Below, in pieces: positions 59,520 through 64,000 of a stretch of DNA of 64,000 nucleotides. Numbering within the stretch: position 1 is the first letter of the stretch; every line of letters starts with the position of its first letter. The notes under the pieces were generated by a model that worked only from the letters and a program-made list of their open reading frames with translations, ran no database searches and had not been told where the DNA came from. The stretch is from Rhodospirillales bacterium (lineage in GTDB: Bacteria; Pseudomonadota; Alphaproteobacteria; Rhodospirillales; UBA2165). Location: the NCBI GenBank assembly GCA_030745835.1, contig JASLNU010000108.1, positions 10,214 to 74,213 on the forward strand, given 5' to 3'. A program made the position numbers and the translations under genes.

Positions 59520-61852
59520 ACGAGGTTTTCGATACCATCGGCCAGCGCGTGCCGCGCATAGAAGGCAAGGACAAAGCCACCGGCCGCGCCCAATATACAG
59601 ATGACATGAGCCTGCCCGGTATGTTGTTCGGCGCCATCGCTCACAGCCCCCATGCGCACGCCCGAATCCTCTCCTACGACATTTCGGCGGCTCTTGAGGT
59701 GCCTGGCGTCAAGGCCGTGATTACCGCCGACGATTACGATTGGTTCCGGAGCGGCGGCCACGTTAAGGACGAGACCCTGCTCGCCAAGGGCAAGGTCCGC
59801 TATATCGGCGAGCCGGTGGCGGCGGTGGCGGCCCGCACCCAGAAGGCCGCCGAAGAGGCGGCCCGGCTGGTCAAGATCGAGTATCAAGTTCTCGACGCCG
59901 TGCTCTCGATCGACGACGCCATGAATCCCGACCTGCCGATCATTCACGAGGAATTTTCGACCTACCAGATGAATGTGACCGACCTCGAGGTCAGCGGCAA
60001 TGAATGCTGGGCGACCTCGGCCGAGGAAGGCGATGTGGACGCCGCCTGGAACGATTGCGATGCGGTTGTCGAGGAAACATTTGAGACCCAGGCCCAGCAT
60101 CATTTGTACTTGGAACCGGCCTCGGCGCTCGCCGATGTCGACGCCAACGGCAAGGTGACCGTGTGGGGCCCGAACCAGGGGGTTCATTTCGTTCAGACCC
60201 GGACCGCCGACTATCTCGGTCTGCCGCTGACCAAGGTGCGGGCAATTTCGCCAACCGTCGGCGGCGGGTTTGGCGGCCGGGCGGGCCCGCATGTCCAGCC
60301 GATTGCCGCCGCGTTGGCGCTGAAGGCGGACAAACCGGTAAAAATTACGCTATCCCGTTCCACCGATTTCGAAATTTGCCGGTCCCGGCATCCGTCTCGA
60401 ATCCGAATGAAAATCGGCGCCAAGAAGGACGGCACCCTGATCGCCCAGGAAGCCGAATTGCTGTACGATGGCGGCTCCTTCACGGACGAAACACCGGCGG
60501 TGGCGAGTTTCGGCTTGATGATGGCCCGGGGACCTTACCGGGTACCAAACTTCAGGGGCTCGGCGCGCGCCTTCTATACCAACAAGTTGCGTGCCGGTTC
60601 GTTCCGCGGCTTCGGTAATCCGCAAGCAGCGTTCGCCCGCGAATGCCTGATCGATAGCCTGGCAAAGGCACTTGAGATACCGCCGATCGAGGTGCGTCGG
60701 ATGAACGCCATGGTGGCCGGCGATAAATGGTTGGGCGGACAGCAAGTACCGGCCTGTGGTTTCGACCAATGCCTCGACGAGGTTTTCCAGGCCGTCGACG
60801 GGGATCGCGATCAATTGCCGCCGCCGGCACCCGGCAAAAAACGCGGTTTCGGCTTTTCCGGTTTTGCCCATATCAGCAGTTTTCTGGCCAGCGGCGCCAG
60901 CGTCCAATTGCGCGAGGACGGCACGGTGACCATGAATACCGGCGGCATCGAGATCGGCCAGGGCGCCAGCACCATTCTGACGCAAATTTGCGCCGAGGCC
61001 CTAAAACTGCCGGTTGAGGATATTAACCTGACCGAGCCCGATACCGACACCACGCCCTATAATTACAAATCGGTCGGCAGCCGCACCACTTATACCACCG
61101 GGCGGGCGGTTAAGGCGGCGGCCGAAGACGTCGCCAAGCAAATCATCGAACATGCGGCGGCGATTCTCGGCTGCGAGCCCTCGCACCTGACCTTGCTGGC
61201 GGGCGGCCAAGTGGCCGTCAAGGAGGACGTCACCGACATTCCGTTGATCAACCGCACGGTGACCTTCAAGGAAGCTTCATTACGCGCCCACTACGGTGTC
61301 GGCGGTCCGATTATAGGTACGCATACATTCGTCTTCGATGGACCACCCTTCGACCGCACGGGTTCGAAAATGAAGTCCGTCGTGTTCGGCAACATGGGGG
61401 CATATATATTTGGCGCGCAAGGCGCCGCCGTCGATGTCGACGAAGTGACCGGGCAGGTCGATGTGGTGATGGCGTGGGCCGCCGCCGATGTCGGCCGAGC
61501 GATCAATCCGACCAATATCGAAGGACAGGTTCAGGGCGGTTTCGCCCAAGGCATGGGCTATGCCCTGTTCGAGGAAATGGTCTGGGATAATGGCCGGCTG
61601 GTGAACCCGACATTGATGGAATATGCGGTTGCCGGCGTCAAGGAAGTGCCTGAGATTCGCACGATCATCGTCGAAGAACCGGAGCCGTCCGGTCCCTTCG
61701 GTGCAAAAGGAGTGGGCGAGCCGGCAATGGTCGGTGTCGCCCCGGCAATCGCCAACGCCATCGCCAACGCCATCGGGGGGCGTCCCAACAAACTGCCAAT
61801 GACTCCCGACCGGGTTTTGGATGCAATTGAGGTAGATAAAACAGCGGATTAA
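59516..61852 (+). CDS. Xanthine dehydrogenase family molybdopterin-binding subunit
   Basis: GGGFGG, GSFRGFGNPQ, IGQG, GSRT and GAKGVGE. It lacks the CO-dehydrogenase AYxCSFR motif. Confidence 0.92.
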   Translation: MNEVFDTIGQRVPRIEGKDKATGRAQYTDDMSLPGMLFGAIAHSPHAHARILSYDISAALEVPGVKAVITADDYDWFRSGGHVKDETLLAKGKVRYIGEPVAAVAARTQKAAEEAARLVKIEYQVLDAVLSIDDAMNPDLPIIHEEFSTYQMNVTDLEVSGNECWATSAEEGDVDAAWNDCDAVVEETFETQAQHHLYLEPASALADVDANGKVTVWGPNQGVHFVQTRTADYLGLPLTKVRAISPTVGGGFGGRAGPHVQPIAAALALKADKPVKITLSRSTDFEICRSRHPSRIRMKIGAKKDGTLIAQEAELLYDGGSFTDETPAVASFGLMMARGPYRVPNFRGSARAFYTNKLRAGSFRGFGNPQAAFARECLIDSLAKALEIPPIEVRRMNAMVAGDKWLGGQQVPACGFDQCLDEVFQAVDGDRDQLPPPAPGKKRGFGFSGFAHISSFLASGASVQLREDGTVTMNTGGIEIGQGASTILTQICAEALKLPVEDINLTEPDTDTTPYNYKSVGSRTTYTTGRAVKAAAEDVAKQIIEHAAAILGCEPSHLTLLAGGQVAVKEDVTDIPLINRTVTFKEASLRAHYGVGGPIIGTHTFVFDGPPFDRTGSKMKSVVFGNMGAYIFGAQGAAVDVDEVTGQVDVVMAWAAADVGRAINPTNIEGQVQGGFAQGMGYALFEEMVWDNGRLVNPTLMEYAVAGVKEVPEIRTIIVEEPEPSGPFGAKGVGEPAMVGVAPAIANAIANAIGGRPNKLPMTPDRVLDAIEVDKTAD

Positions 61853-61939
61853 AGAGTATTTGGCTTGGTTATCCGGGACCGCCCCAATCCAATTTGAGCA
61901 AATCGAAATCCTTGCGATCCGCCAAAATAAAGATGGGTT

Positions 61940-62030
61940 GGTTAGCAATCGGTTAGCAAAAACGGCTGATACAGTTTTTGTTCCGAAAGAAGAATGGCGG
62001 AGGGAAGGGCGCTGGGATCAAACCTTCTCT
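61940..62030. other. Possible integration (att) scar: GGTTAGCAA direct repeats plus a degenerate tRNA 3'-end-like sequence
   Basis: GGTTAGCAA occurs twice at 61940-61959. TGGCGGAGGGA at 61995 is the reverse complement of ...TCCCTCCGCCA. GC content falls shortly downstream. Confidence 0.35.
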
Positions 62031-62599
62031 ATGCCGGGTGCGAAATGATCAGAGAGCGTTTTTGATGGCCGATCGGTAGGCGAAGGATACCGGCGTCGAA
62101 CCCGCACCGTTATATTTCAAGCACTCGGCATTTTCTCCGGTACGGTTGCACTCGCGCGTTGCCGTAAGCCGTCCGGCACGGCGAAGGTTCGACCCCAGGT
62201 TCTTTCGGTAGGCGGTCGCATCCTCGAACTTCTTCTCGAACTCGTAGGGCCTTGCGACAAGGTTTATGGCGGCCGTCTGTATACAGTAGACGCTATCCGG
62301 CATCATCTGGGAATACCAGAATTTCCGCGGCAGATGGAATAAATGGGAGCCACAGGTGGTTTTCCAGGCTTTTCCACTGGCATCCTATCCTCGGTCGGCC
62401 CTGCCGCCGGCCCGCAAAAAGTCTCCCCAAAATTGGACGTTTCACTTCCGCAAGGCGAATTCCCTAATCGTTTCAAGGGCCTCCCCCAAAATCCACCTCG
62501 TTTTTAGGGAATGTCCTGCGGCCACTTCACTTGATCCAACCGGGTTGAGCAGTTATAATAATTGTCCTTCGTTTTTAATTTCAAAAAAGGAGAAACCAT

Positions 62600-63013
62600 A
62601 TGATTAAGAAACTTTGTATCATGGGAATTGTTGGGTTGGCTATAATACTCTACGGAGGCATCACCGTATCGGCAATCTCCTGGGATGACCTAAATCCTGT
62701 TACAGTCGTAAAACACGCCGTTAAAACAGGGGGAGATATCGTTACAGTCGTAAAACACGCCGTTAAAACAGGGGAAGATATAGGAAACTCAGCCGTCCAC
62801 ATCATCTCCCATCCAAAACATAGCTTCAATGTCGTCATCCACAACGCTGAACACCCAGATCAACTTATCAATAAGCTCGTCGATATCTGTAAAACTACCT
62901 GTGGTGCAATCAGCTGTACAAATACAGCACTGGGTGTACTTCACCCAGGGGTAGGAATGGGTATGGTTAAATCATTCACGACAGACCAAATTTGTAAAGC
63001 GGCGGGGGGATAA
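62600..63013 (+). CDS. Exported hypothetical protein with a 14-aa tandem duplication and 4 C-terminal Cys
   Basis: AAGGAG RBS, signal peptide MIKK...VSA, AT-rich codon usage and a downstream hairpin. Confidence 0.75.
   Translation: MIKKLCIMGIVGLAIILYGGITVSAISWDDLNPVTVVKHAVKTGGDIVTVVKHAVKTGEDIGNSAVHIISHPKHSFNVVIHNAEHPDQLINKLVDICKTTCGAISCTNTALGVLHPGVGMGMVKSFTTDQICKAAGG
62699..62782 (+). repeat. 2 x 42-bp in-frame tandem repeat
   Basis: GTTACAGTCGTAAAACACGCCGTTAAAACAGGGG(G/A)AGATAT(C/A), 40 of 42 positions identical. Confidence 0.95.
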
Positions 63014-63042
63014 GAATTCGCTTTCGGCAGATGGAGGGATTT

Positions 63043-63082
63043 GACACCCCTTACGGTATTTTCCGTGGGGGGTGTTGTTCTC
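63043..63082 (+). terminator. Probable intrinsic terminator
   Basis: GACACCCCTTACGG-TATTTT-CCGTGGGGGGTGTT followed by GTTCTC. Confidence 0.6.
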
Positions 63083-63158
63083 GGTAGATAAATGATTAGA
63101 CTTGAAAAACAATGATCATGTACCTCCTAAAATTTCCGGGAGAGAGGGAGCTGGTCCC

Positions 63159-63752
63159 GTGAAAGCGAAGACGATTAATGGGATTTTGGTTATGGCGTTG
63201 ACTGCGCTGATAGGATGCGGCACGCCTTTTGGGCCTTCCTTGCGAACAGAAAGGATAACAGATAATGCGATAATTTCTGGTACACCAAGTTTATCCAGAT
63301 ATACGGTGAAGCAGCAAAATGACGGAAAGGTCGTATGCCTGGGCCGGGGATCTGATGCCACTTTCGAGCAAAGCGAATCCGGAGATTTTTCCATCGCTCC
63401 TTTCTCTACAGGTGGGACTGATGCTGGGGGAGAGTCTGAGAGTACGGGTGAGCAGGAAATGGCAGGAAGAACCCCCAGTGTTCTGATGGCGAGGGAAATT
63501 TTCTATCGTGTTTGTGAATTGTCCAGTAACTATAATTTAGACAAAAAAGAGGCATTGGCACTATTTGAACAGGCCCTTGAAAAGGTGTCAAAAAGCTGGC
63601 TAAAAGAAACTGAAAATACGACTGTGACAATAGGTGACCAGGTCATTACTAAGGCTACTACTGATAGGTCAGATAAGGTTATTAACAGCATGGCAGATAA
63701 GATCACCACCAGTAAAACTGAAAAAGATTCTTCCAGTAAAACAGAAAAATAA
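63159..63752 (+). CDS. Putative lipoprotein; the stop codon may be premature
   Basis: GTG start after a purine-rich RBS; lipobox LIG-C; the TAA falls inside a 24-bp tandem repeat. Confidence 0.65.
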   Translation: MKAKTINGILVMALTALIGCGTPFGPSLRTERITDNAIISGTPSLSRYTVKQQNDGKVVCLGRGSDATFEQSESGDFSIAPFSTGGTDAGGESESTGEQEMAGRTPSVLMAREIFYRVCELSSNYNLDKKEALALFEQALEKVSKSWLKETENTTVTIGDQVITKATTDRSDKVINSMADKITTSKTEKDSSSKTEK

Positions 63753-63776
63753 TCTTCTAGTAAAACAGAAAATAAA
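63705..63776 (+). repeat. 3 x 24-bp tandem repeat (xxSKTExx)
   Basis: ACCACCAGTAAAACTGAAAAAGAT / TCTTCCAGTAAAACAGAAAAATAA / TCTTCTAGTAAAACAGAAAATAAA. Confidence 0.85.
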
Positions 63777-64000
63777 TCAAGGGCGAGTGCTGATCAATCT
63801 AGCGGTGGTAATGCATCGACTTTAGGAAGTACGTCGCAGGACAATAGCTATGATTCTGGTGAAAGGCTTATCCCGTTCGCTCAGGTAGCCCGCATTTCTC
63901 ATACCTCTCGACCAGGAATATACCGCAGGTCGCAGCCTGTATCGGAAAAAGGGGTGAGAAACAGTTTTCAAATTTCTGACAATCTGTTCACCCGCAAAGA

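Noticed and set aside
59516-61852. Aerobic CO dehydrogenase (coxMSL)
   Set aside because: The gene order fits, but the active-site loop is AGSFRGFG rather than AYxCSFR.
61995-62030. Intact tRNA gene
   Set aside because: Only an acceptor-end-like fragment; no cloverleaf or proper T-loop.
62049-62306. 85-aa ORF as a real gene
   Set aside because: No clear RBS or recognisable domain; probably a fragment at the island edge.
62699-62782. GTTACAG...AAAAC repeats that look like CRISPR direct repeats
   Set aside because: Only two abutting 42-bp units with no unique spacer, in frame inside an ORF, and no cas genes in the window.

Overview
GC-rich alphaproteobacterial chromosome segment, most like Rhodospirillales by gene order. 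A housekeeping core runs from about 14.3 to 30 kb: clpB, MOSC protein, DUF4167, prmC, prfA, hemA-like, hisS, rodZ, ptsP, lysC, ubiG and DUF1178. Catabolic accessory regions flank it on both sides. Left side: TetR with a triple operator, an alpha-hydroxy-acid oxidase, a fused acyl-CoA dehydrogenase with a hydroxycinnamoyl-CoA hydratase-lyase, and a hydantoin/dihydropyrimidine cluster. Right side: a LIV-type ABC operon containing an aldehyde dehydrogenase and a flotillin, a sulfotransferase, a stand-alone carboxyltransferase, three CocE/NonD hydrolases (one frameshifted), IS remnants (IS110, IS1380, IS30), a second LIV ABC operon, a three-subunit molybdenum hydroxylase, and the start of a low-GC island with exported orphan proteins. 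The most unusual signals are: (i) a promoter with an alpha-type LexA box followed by a perfect boxA, driving a structured, apparently non-coding ~440-nt leader at 13.7-14.2 kb; (ii) a 274-bp intergenic element built from six hairpins, whose terminal hairpins are covarying inverted copies (11.5-11.8 kb); (iii) an intact glutamyl-tRNA reductase homologue lacking its catalytic Cys; (iv) operon-leading 'stub' minigenes apparently made by internal deletion. All family assignments come from recognising motifs by eye; no database searches were run.
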